This document shows, piece by piece, positions 22,605 through 32,676 of a stretch of 64,000 nt of DNA. Position 1 is the stretch's first letter. Every line of letters begins with the position of its first letter. Below the pieces are notes generated by a model. It made no database searches, was not told the DNA's origin, and saw nothing but the letters and a program-made list of their open reading frames with translations. The translations under genes were made by a program, and so were the position numbers. The stretch lies in sequence record PX104380.1. One strand, given 5' to 3'. This DNA is from a phage.

Positions 22605-24373
22605 AAAAGCCACAAGAAATGCAAACGATGCGTAGAAAAGTTATTTCAGATAATAAACCAACACAGGAAGCGGCTAAATCCGCTTCCAACACTTTATCTG
22701 GGCTTAATGACATTTCTACAAAATTGGATGATGCTCAAGCTGCTTCTGAATTAATTGCTCAAACTGTCGAAGAAAAATCGAATGAAATAGTTGGAGCAAT
22801 TGGTAACGTAGAAAGCGCAGTGAGTGATACTACTGCCGGTTCTGAGTTAATTGCTGAAACTGTCGAAATTGGCAATAATATTAATAAAGAAATCGGTGAA
22901 TCACTCGGGAGCAAATTAGATAAATTAACGAGTTTACTAGAGCAAAAAATTCAGACAGCCGGAATTCAGCAAACTGGAACGAGTTTAGCAGTAGTCGAAA
23001 ATGCTATTCCTGTTAAAGTCGTCGAGGATGATACAGCTGAATCTGTGGGTCCTTTATTACCGGCTCCTGAAGCAGTTAATAATGATCCTGATGCTGATTT
23101 TTTCCCTACTCCTCAGCCAATTGAACCAAAACAAGAGTCTCCAGAAGAGAAGCAAAAAAGAGACGCATTTAACTTAAAAATATCTAATGCATTAGATAAA
23201 TTAACGAAGACTGTTGATTTTGGATTTAAAAAATCCATTTCAATTACTGATAAAATATCAAGCATGTTATTTAAGTACACCATCAGTGCTGCTATTGAAG
23301 CTGCTAAAATGACTGCAATGATATTGGCTGTTGTTGTTGGAATAGACCTGTTGATGGTTCATTTTAAATACTGGTCAGATAAATTTTCAAAAGCCTGGGA
23401 TTTATTTAATACTGACTTTACTAAATTCTCTAGCGAAACCGGAACATGGGGTCCTTTATTACAGAGCATCTTTGATTCTATTGATAAAATTAAACAACTT
23501 TGGGAAGCGGGAGATTGGGGTGGATTGACAGCAGCTATTGTTGAAGGACTCGGAAGTGTTCTTTTTAATTTAGGTGAACTTATTCAATTAGGTATGGCTA
23601 AATTATCTGCAGCAATTCTTCGAGTCATTCCTGGTATGAAGGATACTGCTGATGAAGTAGAAGGAAGAGCATTAGAAAATTTCCAAAATTCTACTGGAGC
23701 ATCTCTCAATAAAGAAGACCAGGAAAAAGTTGCAAATTATCAAGATAAACGAATGAACGGAGACCTTGGTCCGATAGCAAAAGGATTAGATAAAATTGCT
23801 AATTGGAAAACTCGTGCATCTAACTGGATTCGTGGTGTAGATAATAAAGAAGCACTAACATCTGATGAAGAGAGAGCAGAGGAAGAAGAAAAATTAAAGC
23901 AGCTTTCTCCAGAGGAAGCTAAAATTGCTTTAATGAAAGCTAATGAAGCTCGTGCTGCGATGATTCGTTTTGAAAAATACGCTGATTCAGCTGATATGAG
24001 CAAAGACTCGACAGTTAAATCAATTGAAGCTGCTCATGAAGACCTTAAAAAACGAATGAATGATCCGGATTTAAATAATTCACCAGCGGTTAAAAAAGAA
24101 CTTGCTGCTAGATTTTCTAAAATTGATGCTACTTATCAAGAGCTCAAGAAAAATCAGCCTAATGCCAAACCTGAAACTTCTGCTAAATCACCAGAAGCAA
24201 AACAAGTCCAGGTAATAGAAAAGAACAAAGCACAACAAGCTCCTGTTCAACAAGCATCTCCTTCAATCAATAATACTAATAATGTTATTAAGAAAAATAC
24301 TGTCGTTCATAATATGACACCTGTCACAAGCACAACTGCTCCTGGTGTATTTGGCGCGACGGGAGTTAATTAA
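22601..24373 (+). CDS. 29: baseplate hub / tail length determinant gp29
   Basis: 590 aa; ATGA overlap with gene 28. Confidence 0.95.
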   Translation: MKKPQEMQTMRRKVISDNKPTQEAAKSASNTLSGLNDISTKLDDAQAASELIAQTVEEKSNEIVGAIGNVESAVSDTTAGSELIAETVEIGNNINKEIGESLGSKLDKLTSLLEQKIQTAGIQQTGTSLAVVENAIPVKVVEDDTAESVGPLLPAPEAVNNDPDADFFPTPQPIEPKQESPEEKQKRDAFNLKISNALDKLTKTVDFGFKKSISITDKISSMLFKYTISAAIEAAKMTAMILAVVVGIDLLMVHFKYWSDKFSKAWDLFNTDFTKFSSETGTWGPLLQSIFDSIDKIKQLWEAGDWGGLTAAIVEGLGSVLFNLGELIQLGMAKLSAAILRVIPGMKDTADEVEGRALENFQNSTGASLNKEDQEKVANYQDKRMNGDLGPIAKGLDKIANWKTRASNWIRGVDNKEALTSDEERAEEEEKLKQLSPEEAKIALMKANEARAAMIRFEKYADSADMSKDSTVKSIEAAHEDLKKRMNDPDLNNSPAVKKELAARFSKIDATYQELKKNQPNAKPETSAKSPEAKQVQVIEKNKAQQAPVQQASPSINNTNNVIKKNTVVHNMTPVTSTTAPGVFGATGVN

Positions 24374-24381
24374 GGAATAAT

Positions 24382-25476
24382 ATGGCAATTGTTAAAGAAA
24401 TAACTGCTGATTTAATTAAAAAGTCCGGTGAAACAATTTCAGCCGGACAGAGTACTAAATCAGAAGTAGGAACTAAAACATACACAGCCCAGTTTCCAAC
24501 TGGGCGTGCTAGTGGTAATGACACTACAGGGGACTTCCAGGTAACAGATCTATATAAGAATGGATTATTATTTACTGCATACAATATGTCATCTAGGGAT
24601 TCTGGAAGTCTTAGAACGATGAGATCTAACTACTCTTCTTCATCTTCGAGTATTTTACGTACAGCCAGAAACACTATCAGTAATACAGTATCAAAACTAT
24701 CAAATGGACTAATATCAGATAATAATTCAGGAACAATAAGTAAAGTTCCTGTTGCAAATATTCTTTTACCTAGATCTAAATCTGACGTCGATACGTCATC
24801 ACATAGATTTAATGATGTTCAAGATAGTCTTATTACAAAAGGCGGAGGTACTGCTACTGGTGTGCTAAGCAATATGGCTTCAACCGCAGTATTTGGAGCG
24901 TTGGAAAGTATAACACAAGGTATAATGGCTGATAATAATGAGCAGATTTATACGACAGCCAGAAGTATGTATGGCGGTGCTGAAAATAGAACTAAAGTGT
25001 TTACATGGGATTTGACTCCACGTTCAACAGAAGATTTAATGGCTATTATTAATATCTATCAGTATTTTAACTATTTTTCTTATGGTGAAACAGGTAAATC
25101 TCAATATGCTGCTGAAATAAAGGGATATTTAGATGATTGGTATCGTTCTACGTTAATTGAACCTTTATCTCCGGAAGACGCAGCTAAAAATAAAACACTA
25201 TTTGAGAAAATGACAGCAAGTTTAACGAACGTTCTTGTAGTTTCAAACCCGACAATTTGGATGGTGAAAAACTTTGGTGCAACATCTAAGTTTGATGGAA
25301 AAACGGAAATATTTGGTCCATGCCAAATACAGAGCATTAGATTTGATAAAACACCTAATGGTAACTTTAACGGATTAGCTATTGCTCCAAACCTCCCTAG
25401 TACATTTACTCTCGAGATTACTATGAGAGAAATTATCACGTTAAACCGTGCTTCTTTATATGCGGGGACTTTTTAA
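24382..25476 (+). CDS. 48: baseplate tail tube cap gp48
   Basis: 364 aa; SD AAGGA. Confidence 0.9.
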   Translation: MAIVKEITADLIKKSGETISAGQSTKSEVGTKTYTAQFPTGRASGNDTTGDFQVTDLYKNGLLFTAYNMSSRDSGSLRTMRSNYSSSSSSILRTARNTISNTVSKLSNGLISDNNSGTISKVPVANILLPRSKSDVDTSSHRFNDVQDSLITKGGGTATGVLSNMASTAVFGALESITQGIMADNNEQIYTTARSMYGGAENRTKVFTWDLTPRSTEDLMAIINIYQYFNYFSYGETGKSQYAAEIKGYLDDWYRSTLIEPLSPEDAAKNKTLFEKMTASLTNVLVVSNPTIWMVKNFGATSKFDGKTEIFGPCQIQSIRFDKTPNGNFNGLAIAPNLPSTFTLEITMREIITLNRASLYAGTF

Positions 25477-26441
25477 TGTATTCTTTAGAGGAATTTAATA
25501 ATCAAGCAATAAACGCAGACTTCCAACGTAATAATATGTTCAGCTGTGTTTTTGCTACAACTCCATCAACTAAAAGCTCATCGTTAATAAGCTCAATTAG
25601 TAACTTTGCTTATAATAACTTGGGTCTAAATTCAGATTGGTTGGGATTAACTCAAGGTGATATTAATCAGGGAATTACCACGCTAATTACCGCTGGCACA
25701 CAAAAACTAATAAGAAAATCGGGAGTCAGTAAATATCTTATTGGCGCTATGAGTCAGCGTACTGTTCAGAGTTTATTAGGCTCATTTACAGTTGGTACAT
25801 ATTTAATTGACTTCTTTAACATGGCATATAACTCATCTGGATTGATGATATACTCTGTAAAAATGCCAGAGAATAGATTATCCTATGAAACTGACTGGAA
25901 CTATAATTCTCCTAATATTCGTATAACTGGGAGAGAATTAGACCCTTTGGTTATTTCATTTAGAATGGATTCAGAAGCTTGTAACTATCGTGCAATGCAA
26001 GACTGGGTTAACGCTGTTCAAGACCCAGTAACTGGATTACGTGCTTTGCCACAAGATGTCGAGGCAGATATTCAGGTTAATCTTCATGCTCGTAATGGAT
26101 TACCTCATACTGCGGTGATGTTCACTGGATGCATTCCAATATCAGTGAGCGCTCCTGAGTTATCATATGATGGAGATAACCAAATAACTACATTTGACGT
26201 TACTTTTGCGTATAGAGTGATGCAGGCTGGAGCAGTTGATAGACAAGCTGCCCTTGAATGGCTTGAATCTGCTACTATAAATGGTATTCAAAGCGTTCTC
26301 GGAAATAGTGGAGGTGTTACTGGACTATCTAATTCGCTTTCACGACTTAGTAGATTAGGGGGAACTGCAGGAAGCATTTCAAATATTAATACTATGACAG
26401 GAATTGTCAATTCGCAGAGTAAAATATTAGGAGCAATATAA
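25476..26441 (+). CDS. 54: baseplate tail tube initiator gp54
   Basis: 321 aa; TAATG overlap with gene 48. Confidence 0.9.
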   Translation: MYSLEEFNNQAINADFQRNNMFSCVFATTPSTKSSSLISSISNFAYNNLGLNSDWLGLTQGDINQGITTLITAGTQKLIRKSGVSKYLIGAMSQRTVQSLLGSFTVGTYLIDFFNMAYNSSGLMIYSVKMPENRLSYETDWNYNSPNIRITGRELDPLVISFRMDSEACNYRAMQDWVNAVQDPVTGLRALPQDVEADIQVNLHARNGLPHTAVMFTGCIPISVSAPELSYDGDNQITTFDVTFAYRVMQAGAVDRQAALEWLESATINGIQSVLGNSGGVTGLSNSLSRLSRLGGTAGSISNINTMTGIVNSQSKILGAI

Positions 26442-26443
26442 CA

Positions 26444-26465
26444 ATGGGGACCGAAAGGTCCCCAT
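26444..26465. terminator. bidirectional hairpin AUGGGGACC-GAAA-GGUCCCCAU between gene 54 and the convergent 96-aa ORF
   Basis: 9-bp stem, GAAA loop, T-run on plus side. Confidence 0.6.
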
Positions 26466-26469
26466 ATTT

Positions 26470-26760
26470 TTATTTACGGAATGAAATAAAAGCAGCAACT
26501 GAAGCAACTAAACTGTCTTCAATATAAACTTCAATTTTTACCGGAGCTTCTGATTCAAATTTACCTGTTACTACACCCTGAAAAATACTTTCAGTCTGTT
26601 TTGGCTTTGAAAAATTTTCAGAAGGAAAAATTCCGAACTTTTTATCTGTTCCGAAAATTTTAATAAATTCATCATAAACTGCTTCATTGAAAGCGTTATC
26701 AGCGGGAATAACGCCTTCAACGACGAGTTCTTGACCTAAAAAGCGCAAAGAAGATTTCAT
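26470..26760 (-). CDS. hypothetical protein, 96 aa (alt.-3 position)
   Basis: ATG with SD GAGGA; own early promoter upstream and terminator downstream. Confidence 0.6.
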   Translation of the reverse strand: MKSSLRFLGQELVVEGVIPADNAFNEAVYDEFIKIFGTDKKFGIFPSENFSKPKQTESIFQGVVTGKFESEAPVKIEVYIEDSLVASVAAFISFRK

Positions 26761-26791
26761 TTTGTGTTCCTCATGTTATGTCAGTAAAACT

Positions 26792-26821
26792 ACTATAACA
26801 CAATACGAGGGACTTGTAAAC
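26792..26821 (-). promoter_or_regulatory. T4-type early promoter (GTTTAC-N18-TATAGT, extended -10 TG)
   Basis: -35 GTTTAC fused to stop TAG of the upstream alt paralog; part of a 53-bp element 51/53 identical to 42044-42096. Confidence 0.55.
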
Positions 26822-28878
26822 TACATTTTGAACTTTTTAGACATTCCGTTAATGTTAACCAAAGAAGCCAAGATTTGAGAAACTTCGTTTTCCTCTTCTT
26901 TTGATTCTTCTACAAGGAATTGATTAAATCCAGCCATTGGACGAACTTCACCAGTTTCCATTAGATGGTCGCCATCATATACCGATTCTTCTAATTGTTC
27001 AGAAGGAGGAACGATTGTGCCTTCGATTAGATACTTGTTATAAGCAGTTTCTTTCATCATGTACGTACTCACTTTATTAATCTTCAGCAAAATTCCACGC
27101 GGTAGAATAACTTCAGCTTCCGATGGAAATCCTGATAAATGACCTGGAACGATAACTTTAACTCGTTCAGCTCCTTTAATTACCATACCTACATTAGTTT
27201 CAGCGTCTTCATTCGCATATGTAGAATGACTACCCATATGCATTAAATCTTCAGCATCAACTGAACCTTCTCCTTCACCAGAAAATACTGCTCCGGAATC
27301 ATCTAAGGCCATATAATTTTTACCATATTCACCGAAGATATTTGGCTTGAGTGAAGTAGATACAAAGTTCTTGAAATAGAACATTTTATTTTCTATATTA
27401 TGACGTAAAGTTTTAAAAGTAACTTCTTGGCCACGGTAAAGTGTAGTTCCCGGAGGAAGAACTGAACCTTTAGCAAATGCAGAATCCAACGTCTCAATGT
27501 GCTTAATAGCACGTTCCATATATTCTTCACGTGTAGAATCAGGTTTACCTAAAAGGAATGAGTTCATTTCAACATATGAATCTGCACAATAATCTTCAAT
27601 TACATCAGATTCAGCCTGAGTTAATCCTTTTGGAGTTACTTCAGTGCTTGCATATTCATATGCCTGAGCAGCAGATTCATCAATCAATTTATAAATTCCA
27701 TTCATTACAAATTGAATAATAGCTGTCTTTTCATCTGGCGTAGCTTTAGAACCTTTAACTAAATCATTGATAATTTTCTTAATAACATCAAAGCTATTAG
27801 AAATATTAATGTCAGCAAGATCGCTTAAAATTTTATCAGTTTTATAATCAAAGAATTCTTTATTCTTTAAATATTCTTGAGAACCTTGATATGTTATATC
27901 GCTCTGCAGCTTGATAGATGGATCACGTAAACGTGCATGGGCCAATGCAATATGATTTCGGAAGCTTTCGAGTTCATAATCACTAGATTTAAAACGAGAA
28001 GCGCTTCTCATACCGCCTATAGCTCCTTTGCTGAAGTTTGAACCAATCTGGATAACACCAGAGTTCATCGGACCTTCTGCTTTATATACCGGAACTTTAG
28101 ATTCAAACTCTTGATATTTCTTAGCAGCGAAGCTATCACCCTGAAGTGAAGCATCGACAGTAGAATATTGAGCTTGTGCTGCTAATCGACGACTAATTTT
28201 AGTTTTTTGAATAACAGCTTGATCCGTGCGCTTATCATTTTCTAAAGCAATAGAAGCAGCAACAGCGACAGCTTTAGGAACAGCATTACCGGTTTTAACA
28301 TCTACATAAACATCACCAACATTTGATTCAACTTTTGTGAATAACTCAGTTGAAATAGGAGGTACACCTGGAATGTCTTCTAAATTGGCATTTTTACGGT
28401 AAACCATAATATATGCGTACTTTTTATCATAATCCCAGATTTCCTTTAAAAGAACATATCGACCTGCTCCTTTAGTACGTACTAAACGGTCAGCAATAAC
28501 TTGCATTTGACGAGCTGCGCCATTTGTTTTACTTTTTAGTACGCGGAATAGGCATGCATCAATTTTATACTGCTTTATTGTTTGAAGAGCAGTATCAAAA
28601 ACAGCATTAATGACGCCAATTGGATTTCCACCCAAGTTTTTAAGTTTAACTAATGATAGTTTCTCATTAACACCTATCATTACGATATGCATCATTTTAT
28701 CGCCTGGCTTAACGTTTTTATTTGTATCACCGCCAGAGGTGTATGTACAAAATCTAAATCCAGGAAGCACGCTTTCTTCGCCGGCTTGAATAGCAAAAAT
28801 TTGTGGTATTTTATGCTTAGGATTTAAGTTAACAACCGGCGCCGAAGCGCCGTCAAATAATTCTGTAATAAGTTCCAT
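26821..28878 (-). CDS. Alt-like ADP-ribosyltransferase paralog (685 aa)
   Basis: N-terminus MELITELFDG highly similar to the upstream paralog; ART triad YRGQ / FVSTSL / SEAEVILPRG intact. Confidence 0.85.
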   Translation of the reverse strand: MELITELFDGASAPVVNLNPKHKIPQIFAIQAGEESVLPGFRFCTYTSGGDTNKNVKPGDKMMHIVMIGVNEKLSLVKLKNLGGNPIGVINAVFDTALQTIKQYKIDACLFRVLKSKTNGAARQMQVIADRLVRTKGAGRYVLLKEIWDYDKKYAYIMVYRKNANLEDIPGVPPISTELFTKVESNVGDVYVDVKTGNAVPKAVAVAASIALENDKRTDQAVIQKTKISRRLAAQAQYSTVDASLQGDSFAAKKYQEFESKVPVYKAEGPMNSGVIQIGSNFSKGAIGGMRSASRFKSSDYELESFRNHIALAHARLRDPSIKLQSDITYQGSQEYLKNKEFFDYKTDKILSDLADINISNSFDVIKKIINDLVKGSKATPDEKTAIIQFVMNGIYKLIDESAAQAYEYASTEVTPKGLTQAESDVIEDYCADSYVEMNSFLLGKPDSTREEYMERAIKHIETLDSAFAKGSVLPPGTTLYRGQEVTFKTLRHNIENKMFYFKNFVSTSLKPNIFGEYGKNYMALDDSGAVFSGEGEGSVDAEDLMHMGSHSTYANEDAETNVGMVIKGAERVKVIVPGHLSGFPSEAEVILPRGILLKINKVSTYMMKETAYNKYLIEGTIVPPSEQLEESVYDGDHLMETGEVRPMAGFNQFLVEESKEEENEVSQILASLVNINGMSKKFKM

Positions 28879-28881
28879 GAT

Positions 28882-30975
28882 TTATCCTTGAACGAACTTG
28901 TAAGGCATGTTTGTAATATCTATGCAAGACGCAATAATTCCAAGAGATGATTCTACTTTCTGTTTAACATTTGATGAAACAAATGATGCAAAGTCAACTC
29001 TGTCTTCTACTTTAATATCACCTGTCATTGCAACCAATTCACCAGTTTCCATTAGACGGTCACCGTCATAAATTACCGATTCGGTGAGTTCTTCCGTAGT
29101 CATAACTTCAGCTTGAATGAGTTTTGTATTATTAGATGTTGTTCCGTCATTATTAGAAGCATCAGTTATTTTATTAACTTTGACCATCAATCCGCGCGGT
29201 AGAATAACTTCAGCTTCTGTTGCTATTCCGAGACTTCCTGGATATACAACATTAACTTTATGAGCTCCATCAATTGCCCATCCTATTTGAACTTTAACAT
29301 ATTCAGGATTTTCTTTATACGCTCTTATTTCGTTTGGATTAATAGTTATTCCTTCTTCATTTTTATCAACTGTTAATTCATTACGAGCTTCTGGTTCTAA
29401 AAGACCAATACCAGCATGTGTGATTCCAAAACGTCCAAAAATGATAGGAGTTAAAGAAGTAGATACAAAATTTCTGAAGTAGAACACTTTATTTTTAACT
29501 AACGCTTCATATATAGGAGCAGTCATACTTTGAGCACGATAAACTGTAATGTCTTCTGGTATACGGTCACCATTTTCAAAAGCTGAATCTAAGTTATTTA
29601 TAGCAGATTCAATTTCTTTTTCACTCATTACATCGTATCGTTCTGGATTGTAACGACCTAAAAGAAGATTATTGATGTCAGTATATCCTGAACCGCAATA
29701 TTCTCTAATGCCACGCTTTTGTGATGGAGTATATTTAGAACCATCGCGTGCAATAGTAATATCAATCATTGGACCAGCACCAATTCCAGAAAAACTGTAA
29801 ATCATTCGTTTGAGGAATTTAGTTTTTGCTGCGTTCCAGGAATTTTTAGTTATTTCTTCCCAGACTTCATCTGGCTGCCCTTTACGATTTTTATTATGTT
29901 TATCAAGCCATTTATCTTTGTATTCTTCAAAGAATTTATTAACAGCTGCTGCGTATTTCTCTAAACATTTTATTGAAGTAGTTGGTTCATTTTTGATTGC
30001 GTTAAAAATTACATCTTTAATTTTTTCTGAAACTTCATCAACCTCACTTTTTGAAAAGAATTTATAGTCATAGTGAAGTTCATCTGCGGTTCCTTCGGCA
30101 ATAATTTTTGCTGCCTTAGTTTTAGAAGCTAATGAATTAATTCCAAGCTTCATTTCTTCTGCTTCGGGAATTAAAGGAGCGGTAGCAGGTTTATTGAAAT
30201 TAGCTGCGGTAGATTCATACTTATGGAATAATTCACTTTCAAATCTAGAAGATTCCAACGACTGACTTTGCGCAATTGCTCTACGGGAAATTTTAACTTT
30301 AACGATTACAGCTTGGTCAGAACGTTTATCATTTTCTTGTGCAATAGATGCTGCAATTGCCTCATTTTTAGTTACTTGAGCTCCAGTATCTTTATTGATA
30401 TAAACATCACCGACCTTCGATTCAACCTTAGTAAAGAGCTCGGTACTAATTTCCGGAACCCCTGGAATGTCTTCTAGTGATACATTTTTGCGATGTATAA
30501 GAATATATGCATACTTTTTATCGTAATCCCAGAGTTCCTTAAGAAGGACGTATCTACCACCTGAACGACTGCGGATGAGTCTATCAGCAATAAGTTGAAT
30601 TTGTCGAGCTTGACCGGCGGTTTTAGACTTAAGAATACGAAGCATGCAGGCATCAATTTTATATTGACGCATTGTTTGCATTGCAACAGTAAAAACTGAA
30701 TTGATATAATTAATCGGGCTTGGCCCAAGACCTTTTAATTTAGCAATTGAACCTTTAGCAGTTAATGTAAAAGGAACAATATGCATCATTTTATCGCCCA
30801 TTTTTAAATCGCGATTAGTATCACCTCCAGATGTATAGGTACATAAACGAAAGCCTGGTTGTTCAATTGCATCATCAACATGAACTGAAAAAATTTGCGG
30901 TATTTTCTTCTTTGGATTTAAGTTTGTAATCGGAAGAGTAGTATCTTCGTCAAATAATTCTGTAATTAGTTCCAT
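28882..30975 (-). CDS. alt: Alt ADP-ribosyltransferase (697 aa)
   Basis: N-terminus MELITELFDE; ART triad YRAQ / FVSTSL / TEAEVILPRG; position downstream of gene 30 as T4 alt. Confidence 0.88.
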   Translation of the reverse strand: MELITELFDEDTTLPITNLNPKKKIPQIFSVHVDDAIEQPGFRLCTYTSGGDTNRDLKMGDKMMHIVPFTLTAKGSIAKLKGLGPSPINYINSVFTVAMQTMRQYKIDACMLRILKSKTAGQARQIQLIADRLIRSRSGGRYVLLKELWDYDKKYAYILIHRKNVSLEDIPGVPEISTELFTKVESKVGDVYINKDTGAQVTKNEAIAASIAQENDKRSDQAVIVKVKISRRAIAQSQSLESSRFESELFHKYESTAANFNKPATAPLIPEAEEMKLGINSLASKTKAAKIIAEGTADELHYDYKFFSKSEVDEVSEKIKDVIFNAIKNEPTTSIKCLEKYAAAVNKFFEEYKDKWLDKHNKNRKGQPDEVWEEITKNSWNAAKTKFLKRMIYSFSGIGAGPMIDITIARDGSKYTPSQKRGIREYCGSGYTDINNLLLGRYNPERYDVMSEKEIESAINNLDSAFENGDRIPEDITVYRAQSMTAPIYEALVKNKVFYFRNFVSTSLTPIIFGRFGITHAGIGLLEPEARNELTVDKNEEGITINPNEIRAYKENPEYVKVQIGWAIDGAHKVNVVYPGSLGIATEAEVILPRGLMVKVNKITDASNNDGTTSNNTKLIQAEVMTTEELTESVIYDGDRLMETGELVAMTGDIKVEDRVDFASFVSSNVKQKVESSLGIIASCIDITNMPYKFVQG

Positions 30976-30998
30976 GTTATCCTCTCTAGTGTTTATTC

Positions 30999-31006
30999 TA
31001 TTTATA
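30999..31006 (-). promoter_or_regulatory. late promoter TATAAATA for alt
   Basis: minus-strand TATAAATA 23 nt upstream of alt ATG, following the terminator hairpin. Confidence 0.5.
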
Positions 31007-31011
31007 AAATT

Positions 31012-31029
31012 AAAGGCCCGAAGGCCTTT
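31012..31029 (-). terminator. hairpin AAAGGCC-UUCG-GGCCUUU overlapping stop of the 62-aa ORF
   Basis: 7-bp stem followed on minus strand by U-rich tract. Confidence 0.5.
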
Positions 31030-31216
31030 AGTAATCTAGTGGTAAGAGAGTACGGTATATTTCAAACTTCGGTCCTTTTTCATATGGATCAAATCTTTCC
31101 GTGAATTCATCATATGCTAGTTTATCTGGGAATTCAAGAATAACCTGCGATACCGCAGTGGAAACATCTCCACCTTCTTTTTGAGCCACGACAATTGTTT
31201 CTAAGTAAGCTTTCAT
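31028..31216 (-). CDS. hypothetical protein, 62 aa
   Basis: ATGA overlap with ligase stop. Confidence 0.5.
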   Translation of the reverse strand: MKAYLETIVVAQKEGGDVSTAVSQVILEFPDKLAYDEFTERFDPYEKGPKFEIYRTLLPLDY

Positions 31217-32676
31217 AAACCAGTTACCTCATGAAAATCGCCAAATACATCTTCGAACGTATTAGCTTTAGTTTTATCTTCACGTAAACGAATTGCAATT
31301 GGAAGAAATAGCTTAACGTAATCAGTACGTCCATCTAATTTTACCCAGCCGTTGCATTCGCACTCTAGAATTTTTCCAATATAATAATTTTGGTTTTCCA
31401 TAATGCGAGTACGGTCAAGTTCATGCGATTTTACGCCGGCTTTATCTTTTAAGCCTGAACCAGCATTTACTTTAATTTTTCCACACTCTGATTCAAGAAT
31501 GAAACCACCTGCTTTAGTAGGGTCTTTACGGTGAGGATAAATTCCTACAATTTTTAAATCAACATCAATTACTTCTTTAAATTTATAGAGATTTTTTGAA
31601 CGAGCATTTTCCCATAATCCATCGATATTTTTGAGAATAATACCTTCAAGACCTTGGTCAATATACTTTTTATAAATTACCTTAGCTTCATCTAGGTTAT
31701 TTACTACCTGGTTTTCAATTAAAATTACTTTGTCATATCCTGATGTCATTTGTTCTAGTTTAGAAAAACGTACATCATATTTTAAACGAAATGCTGGAAG
31801 ACTATATATTTCTACTAATGGAACATAATCCCAGACCTGAAACTTCATGCATTGAGCTTCTTTTTCTGAAATAGTTCCCTTTAAAGATTTATTAGCGATT
31901 CCATTAGAAGTAGTACGTGATTCAGCTACTTCGGCGAATTCTTTAGCTTTACTAATTTCAGGATAAGCATCAAAAAGAAAATCTAGGCCTTCTGGCTCCT
32001 TTTTAACTTGCTCATGGTATACCAATTCGCCATCAATTAACACACCTTCTGGATGAATCTGGCGAGCTTCTGCAGTCATTTTGATTAACTCTTCCTTAAG
32101 AAGATCTAATCCTAGATATTCATTACCAGCTCGTGATAAAAGACGAACATCATCTAATTCATCACCTCTAACTTCAGCAAAGCACCGAGCTCCATCAGCT
32201 TTTAACTGGGCAAAAGCTGGAAATTTGATATTCTTATTAATGCCTTTTTCATCATAAGAACTTGCAAGCATTTGAGGTTGTTCAGGAATTAAACCTGGCC
32301 AAACTTTGTTTGCAATAGATACTGATGCACCGCATTCAAGGTCTCGCATCATCACTCGACGCAAAACTTCAACATCATCTTTTTTACCGTCAGTAATATA
32401 TCCAGTTAATTCCTCAATTGCCGCATTTCCAGTCAATTTCCGAGTAGCTAACGTGAATTCAATGAAGTCAAGCATATCGGTAAGAGTCAACATTCCAAAA
32501 CTCTGGGTAGCAATACCAGGTTTAGGCCATTTCTTGATATAATACTGTAACCCACGAGAATAAGTCAGACGATATACTCGTTTAAGCAATTCATTATCTT
32601 TATTCTTTTCAAGAATTGCTTGCTTCTGCTTAGTTGAACCAATAGATGCTATTTCGTTCAGAATTTTAAGAATCAT
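31213..32676 (-). CDS. 30: ATP-dependent DNA ligase gp30
   Basis: 487 aa; active-site motif KADGAR; SD AAGGA. Confidence 0.96.
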   Translation of the reverse strand: MILKILNEIASIGSTKQKQAILEKNKDNELLKRVYRLTYSRGLQYYIKKWPKPGIATQSFGMLTLTDMLDFIEFTLATRKLTGNAAIEELTGYITDGKKDDVEVLRRVMMRDLECGASVSIANKVWPGLIPEQPQMLASSYDEKGINKNIKFPAFAQLKADGARCFAEVRGDELDDVRLLSRAGNEYLGLDLLKEELIKMTAEARQIHPEGVLIDGELVYHEQVKKEPEGLDFLFDAYPEISKAKEFAEVAESRTTSNGIANKSLKGTISEKEAQCMKFQVWDYVPLVEIYSLPAFRLKYDVRFSKLEQMTSGYDKVILIENQVVNNLDEAKVIYKKYIDQGLEGIILKNIDGLWENARSKNLYKFKEVIDVDLKIVGIYPHRKDPTKAGGFILESECGKIKVNAGSGLKDKAGVKSHELDRTRIMENQNYYIGKILECECNGWVKLDGRTDYVKLFLPIAIRLREDKTKANTFEDVFGDFHEVTGL

